Shown here piece by piece: positions 54,180-63,510 of a stretch of 64,000 bases of DNA (positions are counted from its first letter, which is position 1; the number at the start of each line of letters is the position of its first letter). Source of the DNA: an uncultured Planctomycetota bacterium (GTDB lineage Bacteria; Planctomycetota; Planctomycetia; Isosphaerales; Isosphaeraceae). The notes beneath the pieces are model-generated. The model had not been told where the DNA came from and ran no database searches. It was given only the letters and a program-made list of their open reading frames with translations. The stretch covers positions 288,001 to 352,000 of the forward strand of contig CAWJTV010000011.1 of assembly GCA_963845755.1 (NCBI GenBank). The letters are read 5' to 3'. Made by a program: the position numbers and the translations under genes.

Positions 54180-54320
54180 TGATGGCCCTCTCCGGATCGT
54201 CGGCCATTGCCTTTTGGCGATGATCGCGGCCAGAATCGGGGGAGTGGCGACTCCGCTGGTCTCCGTCGCGCACGGCGAGCGGCGGGATCGCGGATGCCCC
54301 CGCGCCCGACCCATCCCACT
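54180..54320 (+). pseudogene. Degenerate 3' remnant of a paralog of the downstream membrane-protein gene
   Basis: gatcgtcggccattgccttttggcgatgatcgcggcc (IVGHCLLAMIAA) vs gatcgtcggccattgcctcctggcattgatggcggcc at about 55552-55588. Confidence 0.65.
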
Positions 54321-54364
54321 GACCGAAGTCAACGCGAGAAGCCGGCAATGGGGAAGACCTCATC

Positions 54365-55681
54365 ATGCGTAAGTTCCGCTTCTCGATCGGCGGACTCATG
54401 GCGGTCGTGTCGGTGCTGGCGATCGGCTTCGCCGCATTGAAGAACGCCAACGAGACCTGGGCCGGCGCGATGTTCCTGTTGACGTGCGGCGTGATGGGCC
54501 TTGCGGTCGTCGGCGTCATCTGCCGGCGAGAGGCCGAGCGCGCGTGGTGGCTCGGCTTCGCCCTGTTCGGCTGGGGCTACATGGCCCTGGCGTTCTGGCC
54601 ATCGGAGTCCTTGCCGAAACTGCCGACAATGAGCCTGCTCGAATGGCTTCAATCGCTCTTCGGCGCAGCCCCCGAGGTTCAAGCCTTCGTCCTCCGTGTG
54701 GGCGGGGGATTTGGGGGCGGCTTCCCCTTGGCGGCACCTTCCGCAAGTTCCCAGATCGGCCATTCCCTCTGGGCTCTGCTGGTCGCCGTGCTCGGGGGCC
54801 TGCTGTCCCAGGCCTTGTTCGGCCCTCCAGAGAGTCGTCCCGAGAGTCCCGATTCCGCCGCACAGTCGAGAGCCCAGCCGCCCCCGAACACGTGGCTCCG
54901 GCCGGCGGTCGTCATTCTATTGGTCTCGATCCTGGCGACATCGGTAATCGCGCTCTGGGGAAGGTCGGCGGCCGGAGTCTGGGCCGGCGCCGCGTTCTTG
55001 CTGACGTGCGGCCTGCTCGGGGTGGTGATCCTCGGCGCGCTGTTAAGCACCGGGCGGCGCCGTGAGGTCTGCATGGGCGTTGCCCTGTTTGGCATCGGCT
55101 ACCTGTTCCTGGCGTTCGGCCGATTCACCTCGGATTGGCCGCGGCCGGGGCTCGCCATCGATCCGCTCCTCAACGCCATCCGACCGTGGTTTCCGCTCGT
55201 CCCCACGAGTACCGTCGCTGCGAACGCCCGCATCCTGAAGTTGCTGGACCAGCCGATCCCGATGCACTTTTTCCATGAGATACCGCTGGAGGACGTGCTG
55301 AAATACATCCAGCAGGCCACGTCATCTCCGGGTTACGCCGGCATCCCGATCTACGTCGATCCGCACGGCCTGCAAGAAGCCGAACGCACGCTCTGGTCGA
55401 CCGTCTACCAGATCGACCTCGAGGGTGTCCCCTTGAAAGCGACCTTGCGACTCTGCCTGAAACAGCTCGGCCTCGGCTTTAGCGTGAGGGACGGTTTCCT
55501 GCTGATCACCAACGAGGACGCCGTCTCATCGAACCTGGAGGATCCGTTCCTGATCGTCGGCCATTGCCTCCTGGCATTGATGGCGGCCGGTCTGGGTGGC
55601 GTGTTGGCCCCGCGAGTCTCCATCGGGCAGCGCGAGTGGCCCGGGCGCGCCGGGATCGACGATGCCGCTGCGACCGATTGA
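54365..55681 (+). CDS. Multi-pass membrane protein with internal duplication and a small soluble STN-like domain
   Basis: WAGAxFLLTCG...FALFGxGY occurs twice; LDQPIPMHF..EIPLEDVLKYI...IDLEGVPLKATL. Confidence 0.75.
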   Translation: MRKFRFSIGGLMAVVSVLAIGFAALKNANETWAGAMFLLTCGVMGLAVVGVICRREAERAWWLGFALFGWGYMALAFWPSESLPKLPTMSLLEWLQSLFGAAPEVQAFVLRVGGGFGGGFPLAAPSASSQIGHSLWALLVAVLGGLLSQALFGPPESRPESPDSAAQSRAQPPPNTWLRPAVVILLVSILATSVIALWGRSAAGVWAGAAFLLTCGLLGVVILGALLSTGRRREVCMGVALFGIGYLFLAFGRFTSDWPRPGLAIDPLLNAIRPWFPLVPTSTVAANARILKLLDQPIPMHFFHEIPLEDVLKYIQQATSSPGYAGIPIYVDPHGLQEAERTLWSTVYQIDLEGVPLKATLRLCLKQLGLGFSVRDGFLLITNEDAVSSNLEDPFLIVGHCLLALMAAGLGGVLAPRVSIGQREWPGRAGIDDAAATD

Positions 55682-55692
55682 GCCTCCGAGGA

Positions 55693-56163
55693 TCAAGCCG
55701 GTCGGTCGGCGGGCGCGAGATAGGGAAGGCTCGAGCGATCCGCCGCGGAATCCCCGTTGGTGCCGGCAGGGCTCTCCGTGACCCATTGGCGGATCAGATC
55801 GCATGCTTTTGATAGTGTCGCCTCCGTGAGTGAGCATGAAATCACGAGCTCGTGGATTTCCTCCGGTTCGCCCTTCGCGAACGTGTTGAACCAGGAAACG
55901 ATCTCTTCCGAATCACTCGTCGGCTCGAATTGAATGACGCGAACTCCGACCCGCCCGACCGGATCGGCGGCGCTGAAGATGGGGTTGGCGTCACGGCACG
56001 GTGTGCCGTCAACGAATGTGGTAGTGTAGAAAGGAGATTCCCAAGAGCCGGTCAGGCCGGCCTGTTGGACTAACTCACGCCATTTCTCAGCCCATAATGC
56101 TTCCGCCTGGTCGTATAGCCGAGGATCGCGCAAGAAATCAGGGAATAAAGGTTGGTCTTTCAT
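55693..56163 (-). CDS. Hypothetical protein (candidate immunity/antitoxin)
   Basis: 156-aa acidic ORF with lower GC, coupled to the upstream ORF by an ATGA overlap. Confidence 0.6.
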   Translation of the reverse strand: MKDQPLFPDFLRDPRLYDQAEALWAEKWRELVQQAGLTGSWESPFYTTTFVDGTPCRDANPIFSAADPVGRVGVRVIQFEPTSDSEEIVSWFNTFAKGEPEEIHELVISCSLTEATLSKACDLIRQWVTESPAGTNGDSAADRSSLPYLAPADRPA

Positions 56164-56399
56164 GATTCACTTCTCTTCTTGGTTGACTGGCCATCATCCT
56201 GAACACAAGCTCTTCCCCTGAGAATCTCGAGATTCACGCGGATCTCTCCCATGGGCGGTTGAGGGTATGATCTGAGGCAACGCCCCCAGATACCACCGGT
56301 CTTCGCCGATTGCTCGACAATCCGTCTCAATTGAGCAAATCCTTTATCTCGGACTCTCCTCTCCTTGGGCGTAAGTTGGGCCTCCCGCTCAATCCCCAT
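56160..56399 (-). CDS. Small basic hypothetical protein, possibly N-terminally truncated
   Basis: 79-aa ORF with lower GC, overlapping both neighbours. Confidence 0.5.
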   Translation of the reverse strand: MGIEREAQLTPKERRVRDKGFAQLRRIVEQSAKTGGIWGRCLRSYPQPPMGEIRVNLEILRGRACVQDDGQSTKKRSES

Positions 56400-56953
56400 G
56401 CATCGCCCGCAGCCGTGGTGAGAGTCTCAGGATGAGCTGGGCGCGTTTCGAACTCGGCCAGCCATTCGGCGATGACGGCGGCGAGGGCCTCGTCGGGGGG
56501 TGGGACCAGTCCCGTCGGGCAGGCCGGGCCGAGCTGCTCGGCGGCCATCCGCCGGTAGGTCGAGAGCGTCCGCTCGCCATACCGCGACACTTCGAAACCG
56601 TCCTCACTCAGGAAGACCACGACCGGGACACGATGGCCGCCGTTGATGGATAAGGCTTCGCGCACCTCGGGCTTGATATCGCGGTCGAGGAAGCGCAGGT
56701 CGATCCGGGATGAGGCACCTGCGAGGTGATCGAAGACCGGGCACTGGTTGATGCAATCGCCGCACCAGGCGCCGGCCAGGCAGAGCACCGGCATGTTTCG
56801 CGCGAAACCGTTGAGCAGCCGTCGCTGGTCGGTCGTGAGCGCGAATCGTTTGTGCATGGCGTCCCAGCGCGCGCGTTGCGACGGGCTCGCGTACCGGTCC
56901 AGGAATGCTGTGTAAGGCAAGGCTTCGGCGAAGAGGTTCGACCAGGTGTTCAT
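56389..56953 (-). CDS. Thioredoxin-family protein (frameshifted near 56450)
   Basis: WCGDC motif; INGGHRVPVVVF; C-terminus LILRLSPRLRAMHGD* in an alternate frame. Confidence 0.85.
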
Positions 56954-57055
56954 TTTCCGTTTTCAGTTTCCGGTGTTCCGTGTTCAGTCAGGAAGACGAA
57001 AGCGATCGAGGACTATTCTCTACGGAACACGGAAGGCCGGAAACTGAACGCTTGA

Positions 57056-57682
57056 TCAAATCCACCCCAGCGCGGCCAGCGCGGCGAGGTGCTTGCAATG
57101 CGCCTTGCGGCTGTCGCCGTTCTCGGCGATCTGGTAGATCCACTCGGCGCAGTCGCACTGGGTGGCGCCATCGGCGAGCCGGCAGACGTAATACGGCCCG
57201 TCCTCGAGCGGCGGGTGGAGGCGCGTCAGCCGCCACTGGACGGGCGCCAGCTCCGTGCCCGCAACCCGCGCGGTGCAGTAGGTCTGGCCGGCGATCGCGA
57301 TCAGCACGACTGTCGGCGCGTTCTGGGTAGAGTGCGCCGGGTCTTCACCGATTTTCAGAACCACCAGCGGCGGTTGCTTCAAGGCGGCTTCGAGAGTCCT
57401 GGTGCCCAGTTCGGCCCGAAGCCGCTCCCACGACCATCGGGCTTCGTTCAAGGCGTTGCGAAAGTGCCAGGTCGTGGGATGAAAGGCCCCGAGGGCGGCC
57501 TCGGCCGCCTCGAGATCGGCCGCCGAGACGTCCAGGATCATCCGGCCCCGTTGCGCCAGCTCCGCCGCACGGCGCTGGGGGTCGGACTCGTCGCGGTCGT
57601 GCAACGATCGCGGCCGGAATGGCGGCGCGGCCGGGACCGGCGCCGCGGCCGCTAGCGGCCGGGCGGTCTGGTCATTCCTCAT
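57056..57682 (-). CDS. SWIM zinc-finger protein
   Basis: YYVC...QCDCAEW...HCKHLAAL. Confidence 0.75.
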   Translation of the reverse strand: MRNDQTARPLAAAAPVPAAPPFRPRSLHDRDESDPQRRAAELAQRGRMILDVSAADLEAAEAALGAFHPTTWHFRNALNEARWSWERLRAELGTRTLEAALKQPPLVVLKIGEDPAHSTQNAPTVVLIAIAGQTYCTARVAGTELAPVQWRLTRLHPPLEDGPYYVCRLADGATQCDCAEWIYQIAENGDSRKAHCKHLAALAALGWI

Positions 57683-57939
57683 CGGCCCTTAACCTCCGAT
57701 GCTCGGAGCCAGATAAACGTAGTGCCGGGCGCGCCGGCCTGGGAATGCTCGGCCGCCACCGCCGCCACCACCCGGTAACCGCGTCCCTGCCAGGTCACCT
57801 CTTGACCCGCCGTCCACACCGCGCCCCGGGGGCCGTGATCCATCGCGACGAGGCAGACCTCGCGGATCGTCGGCCGGCTCGCCTTCTGACCACGGCCAGC
57901 CCGTCGCGCCGGCCGTAACGTGCCCAGTCCGTTCGCCAT
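57679..57939 (-). CDS. Small hypothetical protein, coupled to the SWIM gene
   Basis: GGAGG before MANGLG; ATGA overlap with the SWIM gene. Confidence 0.5.
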   Translation of the reverse strand: MANGLGTLRPARRAGRGQKASRPTIREVCLVAMDHGPRGAVWTAGQEVTWQGRGYRVVAAVAAEHSQAGAPGTTFIWLRASEVKGR

Positions 57940-57997
57940 CGCCAAACCCCCTCCCTGCCGCACGCGCAAGATGCTGATCAAACGAATTCCGACCTTA

Positions 57998-58034
57998 CGT
58001 TCACGAGTGTACTGAACGGCAGGATGGGATTCAA
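57998..58034 (-). promoter_or_regulatory. Sigma70 promoter with a palindromic operator over the -10
   Basis: Minus strand TTGAAT (58034-58029)-N17-TACACT (58011-58006); CGTTCA-N9-TGAACG at 57998-58018. Confidence 0.6.
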
Positions 58035-58050
58035 GGGGTACTTGGACTAA

Positions 58051-58170
58051 GAGTCTGTCCCAGAAGGGCGAGCGGGGGGCGTCAGCTCCCTGTCCGGTGA
58101 GCGACGGACCTCCAAGACAGGGGGCTGACGCCCCCCGCTCGCTCGGACCGGCCCCTTCTGGGACGGACTC
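58051..58170. mobile_element. 120-bp MITE with GAG...CTC ends and TAA target duplication
   Basis: TAA|GAGTCTGTCCCAGAAGG ... CCTTCTGGGACGGACTC|TAA (1 mismatch); internal palindrome GAGCGGGGGGCGTCAGCTCCCTGTC / GACAGGGGGCTGACGCCCCCCGCTC. Confidence 0.78.
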
Positions 58171-60110
58171 TAACGGGAATGACTGCGGGCGGTGGCGTAG
58201 GCGTCGAGGATCCCGGATCGTCCGGGGTGGATCACCTCCAGGCCGAGCTTGGAAAGGACGGGTCGGGAGAGGCGTTGATCGGTGCCGGCGAGGATGATCA
58301 GGCGCTGGCCGTCGGGGAGATTGAAGAGGTCGGCGACATCGCCGAGGTCGACCTGAGGGAGGTGGGGCAGGGCGGTCCTGAGGATGAAACGGAGGCGGCC
58401 GCCGGGTGAAGGCCCCTCCGTGAACGGTCCGGTGCCGGCTCGGGCCGCGGTGGCCGTCGACGAGGGCGGGCTGACGACGGCGACGACCTGGAACGGATTC
58501 TCGCGGTTGCGGCGGAGGATCATGGTGCGGAGCACCAGCAGGTCGCGGTCAATGCCGTGGCGGAACATCACTTCGAGGATGCCATCGACGGCGGCCAGCG
58601 CCAGGACGACCAGCAGGAACGCGCCCAGGACCGAACGCTGGCGGTCATCGCGACGGCGGGCCCAGCGATCGAGCGCGCGAATGAGACAAACGAAGACGAC
58701 CACCAGATCCAGGGCCAGGTGCAGTCCCAGCGCGGTGGCGGCATCGGCCCGGCCATGGAAAACGTGGTCGACGGCGTCGCGCACGCCGGCGCTGGACCAC
58801 CAGGCGACGGATACCGCCGTCGCCGGCGCCAGCCAGGTGAGGGTGCGGACCGGGATGCGGCGGTTGACGAGGTCGGCGATGGTTTGCGCGGCCAGCAGAC
58901 TGAGCGGCACCAGCAGGACGAGGTCGAAGGCACTGTGCGGCCCGCTGGGCCAGACCGACGGCGCCAGCGCGGCGACCGCCAACCAGACCACCCAGAGCGA
59001 GCCGCCCACCGTCTCGCGCATGTTCGACTCGTCAACCAGGGCCAACCGGGTCGCCCGCACCGCCCCGTACAGGCCCAACGGGAGCGTCACCGGCGCCAGC
59101 TCGATCAACCGCGCCGGCAGGCTCAGGCCGCGTTCCATCAGCAACTGCTCGGGGGGAATCCGCAGCGCCGCGATGGCCGACCAGCCGTAGGTCCGGACCA
59201 TCAGGACGAACCAGGGCGAGGCCACGAGCACGGCGATCGCCAGGGCCAGCAGGGCGTTGACCCGGCCCGGCGTGTCCCGCCAGGAGAGCCGCCAGCGCCG
59301 GGGCCGGGCGCCGGCCGGGGTCGGCGCGGCGATGCCCCTGAGATAATACTGGTGCAGCAGGATGATCGGGATGACGATCAGGGCCAGTCCGCCCATCGCC
59401 AGCAAGGCCACGCCCATCGCGAGTCCGCCAGCGATCGTCCAGGCGACCGGGCCGGCCCAGGGCCAGGGCCGCAACGACTCGGCGGTCACGCGTTCGTGCC
59501 AGCCGTAGGCCAGCAGCACGGCGAGGACTCCGCAGAGCGCCAGCGTGCTGGGCGTCGCCTCCTGCATGCGCAGGAGCAGGTTCTGGTTGAATCCCACCAG
59601 GACCGCCGCCGTCAGGCCGAGCCCCGCGCCCCGCCAGAGCCGGGCATGGAGATACACCAGCACGACGGCGAGCCCGCCGGCCACGTAGCTGGGCAGGACG
59701 CTGGCCATCGGGTCGCGGTCGTCGTCGAGCCAGAACAGGCCGGCCTCGAGCCAGGCGAAGAGCGGCGGCTGGAACGCCACCGCGCGATACGCCGCCGACT
59801 CCTGCGCCGGCTTGATCGCGGCCGTCGCGGGGATCTGGTCCAGCACCATCCCATCCAGCACGGCCAGGCTCCGCAGGCCCCAGAGCGGGCCCGGGGGCGT
59901 CAGGTCCCAGGCATTCAGGGCCAACATCCCCGGCAGCACCGCGACCAGTACGACCAGCGGGAAGACCATCACCGACCGCGGCGCCGGCCGGAACAGTGGC
60001 CGGGCCAACGGCGCCGCGCTGACCTTGAGCCGGTCCCAGGTACCGGCGCGGCCCCGATCCGACAGGACCACGGTCTCACCCCGCCATCGTACGGACTCGT
60101 CGGCATCCAT
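58170..60110 (-). CDS. Glycosyltransferase family 39 (PMT/ArnT-like) membrane protein
   Basis: Multi-pass TM; FQPPLFAWL motif; ASPWFVLM. Confidence 0.65.
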   Translation of the reverse strand: MDADESVRWRGETVVLSDRGRAGTWDRLKVSAAPLARPLFRPAPRSVMVFPLVVLVAVLPGMLALNAWDLTPPGPLWGLRSLAVLDGMVLDQIPATAAIKPAQESAAYRAVAFQPPLFAWLEAGLFWLDDDRDPMASVLPSYVAGGLAVVLVYLHARLWRGAGLGLTAAVLVGFNQNLLLRMQEATPSTLALCGVLAVLLAYGWHERVTAESLRPWPWAGPVAWTIAGGLAMGVALLAMGGLALIVIPIILLHQYYLRGIAAPTPAGARPRRWRLSWRDTPGRVNALLALAIAVLVASPWFVLMVRTYGWSAIAALRIPPEQLLMERGLSLPARLIELAPVTLPLGLYGAVRATRLALVDESNMRETVGGSLWVVWLAVAALAPSVWPSGPHSAFDLVLLVPLSLLAAQTIADLVNRRIPVRTLTWLAPATAVSVAWWSSAGVRDAVDHVFHGRADAATALGLHLALDLVVVFVCLIRALDRWARRRDDRQRSVLGAFLLVVLALAAVDGILEVMFRHGIDRDLLVLRTMILRRNRENPFQVVAVVSPPSSTATAARAGTGPFTEGPSPGGRLRFILRTALPHLPQVDLGDVADLFNLPDGQRLIILAGTDQRLSRPVLSKLGLEVIHPGRSGILDAYATARSHSR

Positions 60111-60325
60111 ACGCCCACCCCCATACCACGCCGGCCGAACGCCGACTGTGCCGTCGCGCCGTCTCCTTCGCGGTCCCGCGTCCTGCCGGGACCGCCCGCG
60201 CGAACCTTACCATAATTCGGCAATCCGTGGGATAGCCGTTCTCCCCGGTTGCCGCGATCGGGGAAGATCGTCGTGACGGCCCCGTTCGACCGACCACCGT
60301 GAGGCCCCGGCCCGTTCGCTCGACT

Positions 60326-60876
60326 CTACTGGAAGAACCGCCGCACGGCGATGCGGAACTCACCCAGAAGGTCGGGGACCGTCAACTCGTCATCCGGCCC
60401 CAACTCCCGAGGACGCTGGTCGGGCGGAAGACATGCGCGGTCTCGGAATCGGGATCGAGGACGATCACGACGCCGACTCCAGGTTGCAGGTATTCATCAA
60501 CCTTGGTCACGATGTCGCCCCACCGATCGTCCGGCGAACGAACCTCGACGACCAGATCGGGGGGCACGTCGAGGTAACCGCGCCGAATCGGTCCCTTCGG
60601 GACCTTCGCATAGCTATAGAAGGCGACGTCGGCTCCTCGCACGGTGTCGGGATCCCGCTCGGTGATCACGCCCGAGTCGTTACAGAGGACGTGGCCGAGG
60701 TCGTGCTGGCCAACGTGAACTCGCAGCAGGAAATGGGCCTCACCACAGATCTGTCCATGCCGTGGGGCGGGTGGAGGCATCGTCACAATCCTCCCGTGAA
60801 CGAGTTCCTCGGGATACCCGGGATCGGGTCGGCTGCCGAACTCTTCGGCAGTGAGCAAGTCCAAGGCGGTGGCCAT
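60326..60876 (-). CDS. Uma2 family endonuclease-like protein (3' frameshift)
   Basis: EELVHGRIVTMPPP..RHG, PDTVRGADVAF, PPDLVVEVRSP, DEYL. Confidence 0.88.
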
Positions 60877-60934
60877 GGTTGTGCCTCCGGTCTGACGAGG
60901 TGGGATTCTGGCTCGGACCGCGGCGTCGTCCGGC

Positions 60935-62167
60935 TCACTCGTCATCGGTGTCGGACGACTCGCGGGCGGCGGTCTCATCGCGACGGGCCTGGATCCGTTC
61001 GAGGTTGCGCCTCAGGACGCCCAGGCCGTCGTCGCCCTCGATATATTCGCGGAACGGCAGGGCCAGGCGGAGCAATTCGGGATGGGTGGTCCCGACGTCG
61101 TCGATGGCCTGTCTGAGGGTCTCGAGGAACTCCTCGAGCCCCTCCTCGGGGAGTCGCGTGCCGCACGACGATCGCCTTGAGCTCGACGAGAGAGGCCGGC
61201 GCGGGCGCGGGGCAGGAGCGGCCGCCGCGGTCGCGGGCGGCGAGGCACCGGCGCGGGAGGCGACGAGGGTCCCGGCGGCAGCGGTGCGGTCCGTGGCCGA
61301 ATCGCGATCGCGAGCGGCGTGCGATTCGGCATCCCGATTGCGCCGGCCGGCTTCGATGGCCTGGATCAATTGCTCCTGGGCCTCGGCGACATAGGCCGCC
61401 CAGTCGGTCGAGAAATCCTGGCGGAATGCCTCGATATAGCCGGGCTCGTACTGCCGGGACAGGTACTTGAGCTGGTGGAAGACCCGGTGCGAGAGGGCCT
61501 GGAGTTCCTCGGTCATCTCGGCGTCGCGATCGTGGGATGCCTGGTAATAGCGGAAGCGGCCGATCCAGACCTTGAGCCGGGCGTACTGTTCGAGCTTGCC
61601 CAGCGAGCCGTAGGCGTTCATGCCGGCGTCGACCTCGTGGGACAGGAGCTGGAGCTGCCCGCCGGGGAAGTGCGCCTCGGCATCCCAGAGCAACCGGTCC
61701 TCGGCGGCGAACTGCTCGGCCAGCTCGGGCTGGAGCCGGTCGATCTCCCGGCGGAGCTGGCGATACTGATCGGTGGCTCCCCGGAGCTCGCGCCGCGCCT
61801 CTTCCACCTCGCGCGTCACCTCTTCCACATCCAGCCGCGTCTGTCGCCGCGTTCGCTCGATCTCCGCCTGCGACGCCGCGATCAGCCGCTCCGCGTCGGC
61901 CTCGGACGCCAACGACGATTTGTACAAGGCCAGCTTGCGCACCAGCTCTTTGAGCAACTGCTCGTCGGTATCGGCCTGCTCCAGCGCCCGCATGCCGGTC
62001 GGCCGCACCACACGCAGCCGCTCCACCGCGCACCGCGCCCGCAGCTCCGCCGTACGGAACAGCTCCGCGGCATGTTGCGTCTCCCCCTCGATCTTACGCG
62101 CCCGTGTCTTCGCTTCCGCCTGGCGGACTAACTCCGAAAGCTTTTCCAAGGCTGGGGTCATGGTCAT
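60935..62167 (-). CDS. Coiled-coil hypothetical protein
   Basis: Long Glu/Arg/Leu helical ORF; probable start MTMTPALEKL. Confidence 0.7.
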   Translation of the reverse strand: MTMTPALEKLSELVRQAEAKTRARKIEGETQHAAELFRTAELRARCAVERLRVVRPTGMRALEQADTDEQLLKELVRKLALYKSSLASEADAERLIAASQAEIERTRRQTRLDVEEVTREVEEARRELRGATDQYRQLRREIDRLQPELAEQFAAEDRLLWDAEAHFPGGQLQLLSHEVDAGMNAYGSLGKLEQYARLKVWIGRFRYYQASHDRDAEMTEELQALSHRVFHQLKYLSRQYEPGYIEAFRQDFSTDWAAYVAEAQEQLIQAIEAGRRNRDAESHAARDRDSATDRTAAAGTLVASRAGASPPATAAAAPAPRPRRPLSSSSRRSSCGTRLPEEGLEEFLETLRQAIDDVGTTHPELLRLALPFREYIEGDDGLGVLRRNLERIQARRDETAARESSDTDDE

Positions 62168-62681
62168 CTCTCGTACTCTAATAGGGGATCGGAGATTATT
62201 CGGTCCTACACCGGTGCTCGACCGCGCCTCCCGTCCGGCAGCAACCGTCGTCTCTTCACTTTCCATCGCGCCACATCCTGTAATGCAATCACGTCGCCTA
62301 GCTATGGTGATTCGCATATAAGTTGACGTCAGTCTGTACGCGGATCGAGCCGTGAATGCATCATACAGCACGGGCGGTCAAAGTTGAACCCGGCGGGGAA
62401 GGCGAGGAGGTGGATTGGCATCTTGGAGTGGCCGGCTGATCCTCCCGGGTTCCGTGAGGGTGTGCGAGAAGGTGATGAGGGGCGGGGTGGGCCGAGCCGC
62501 GACTCCCCGCGGCGCGGTCCACCGAGACCGCTCAACCGGAACGCTCGTGGAATGTCGAGCAGGCGCCCGAGGTCAAGCTCAGTCTCACCAATCCGGGAAA
62601 TCGCGCCGGCGAGGCCATCGGCTTGCAGGTCTGGTTTTCGCGTCATCGACGATCCGAGGCCATCCTCCGAGCCGGCCGCCC

Positions 62682-63380
62682 TCACTGTCTCGGCACCGTC
62701 AGCGGCTTGCCGTTGTCCTTGGGTCCTAACCCGAGCAAGAACGGGATGGCGGCCCTGGCCCATTCTTCGGGGCCGGGATATTCCGATGCCGACTCGCCGA
62801 AGCAACTGCGGAGCATTTCGGTATCGATGATGCCGGGATTGAGCGGGACGGCGGCGAGCCCAGGCGGGAGTTCCTCGGCCAGCGCGCGGGTCAGGCCCTC
62901 GATGGCCCACTTGGTCGCGCAGTAGGGGGCGACCTCAGGCGACGTCGAGCGGCCCCACCCCGAGCTCATGTTGACGATCACGCCCGAGCCCCGCGCGATC
63001 ATTGCCGGCACGAGGTGGCGGATCACGTTGACGACCCCTTTAATGTTCACGTCGATCACCAGGTCGAATTCGGCGACGGGGACCTCCCAGAGTGGCGCGT
63101 TGGCGTTGATCAGCGCGGCGTTGTTGATCAACAGGTCGGGCGGTCCGTGCTCGGCGAGGATGCGATCGGCCCAAACCTGGACCGCCTCGTCGTGGGTCAC
63201 GTCGAGGGTCGCGAAATCGTGCGGACGCCCCAGCACGGCGCTGTGTCGAGCGATCGCCTCGCCCGATCGCCCGCAGCCGATGACCGTGTGTCCGGATCGC
63301 GCCAGACCCTCGGCCAGCGCGCCCCCCAGCCCCCGGGTCACTCCCGTGATCACGATGACTCGAACGGTTGCCTTTGCCAT
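62682..63380 (-). CDS. SDR family oxidoreductase
   Basis: ITGVTRGLG, LINNAA, NMSS, YCATK. Confidence 0.93.
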   Translation of the reverse strand: MAKATVRVIVITGVTRGLGGALAEGLARSGHTVIGCGRSGEAIARHSAVLGRPHDFATLDVTHDEAVQVWADRILAEHGPPDLLINNAALINANAPLWEVPVAEFDLVIDVNIKGVVNVIRHLVPAMIARGSGVIVNMSSGWGRSTSPEVAPYCATKWAIEGLTRALAEELPPGLAAVPLNPGIIDTEMLRSCFGESASEYPGPEEWARAAIPFLLGLGPKDNGKPLTVPRQ

Positions 63381-63510
63381 GCCGCATCCTCCGAAATCGT
63401 TTGAATCTCGAATCCGGAATTCCCCGGACACGCTCATCGCCCAGGGCCCCCACCGAGGTAGAATCTATACCCGGAACGCCGACCACTGACCACTGACCAC
63501 CGAGGACGCG

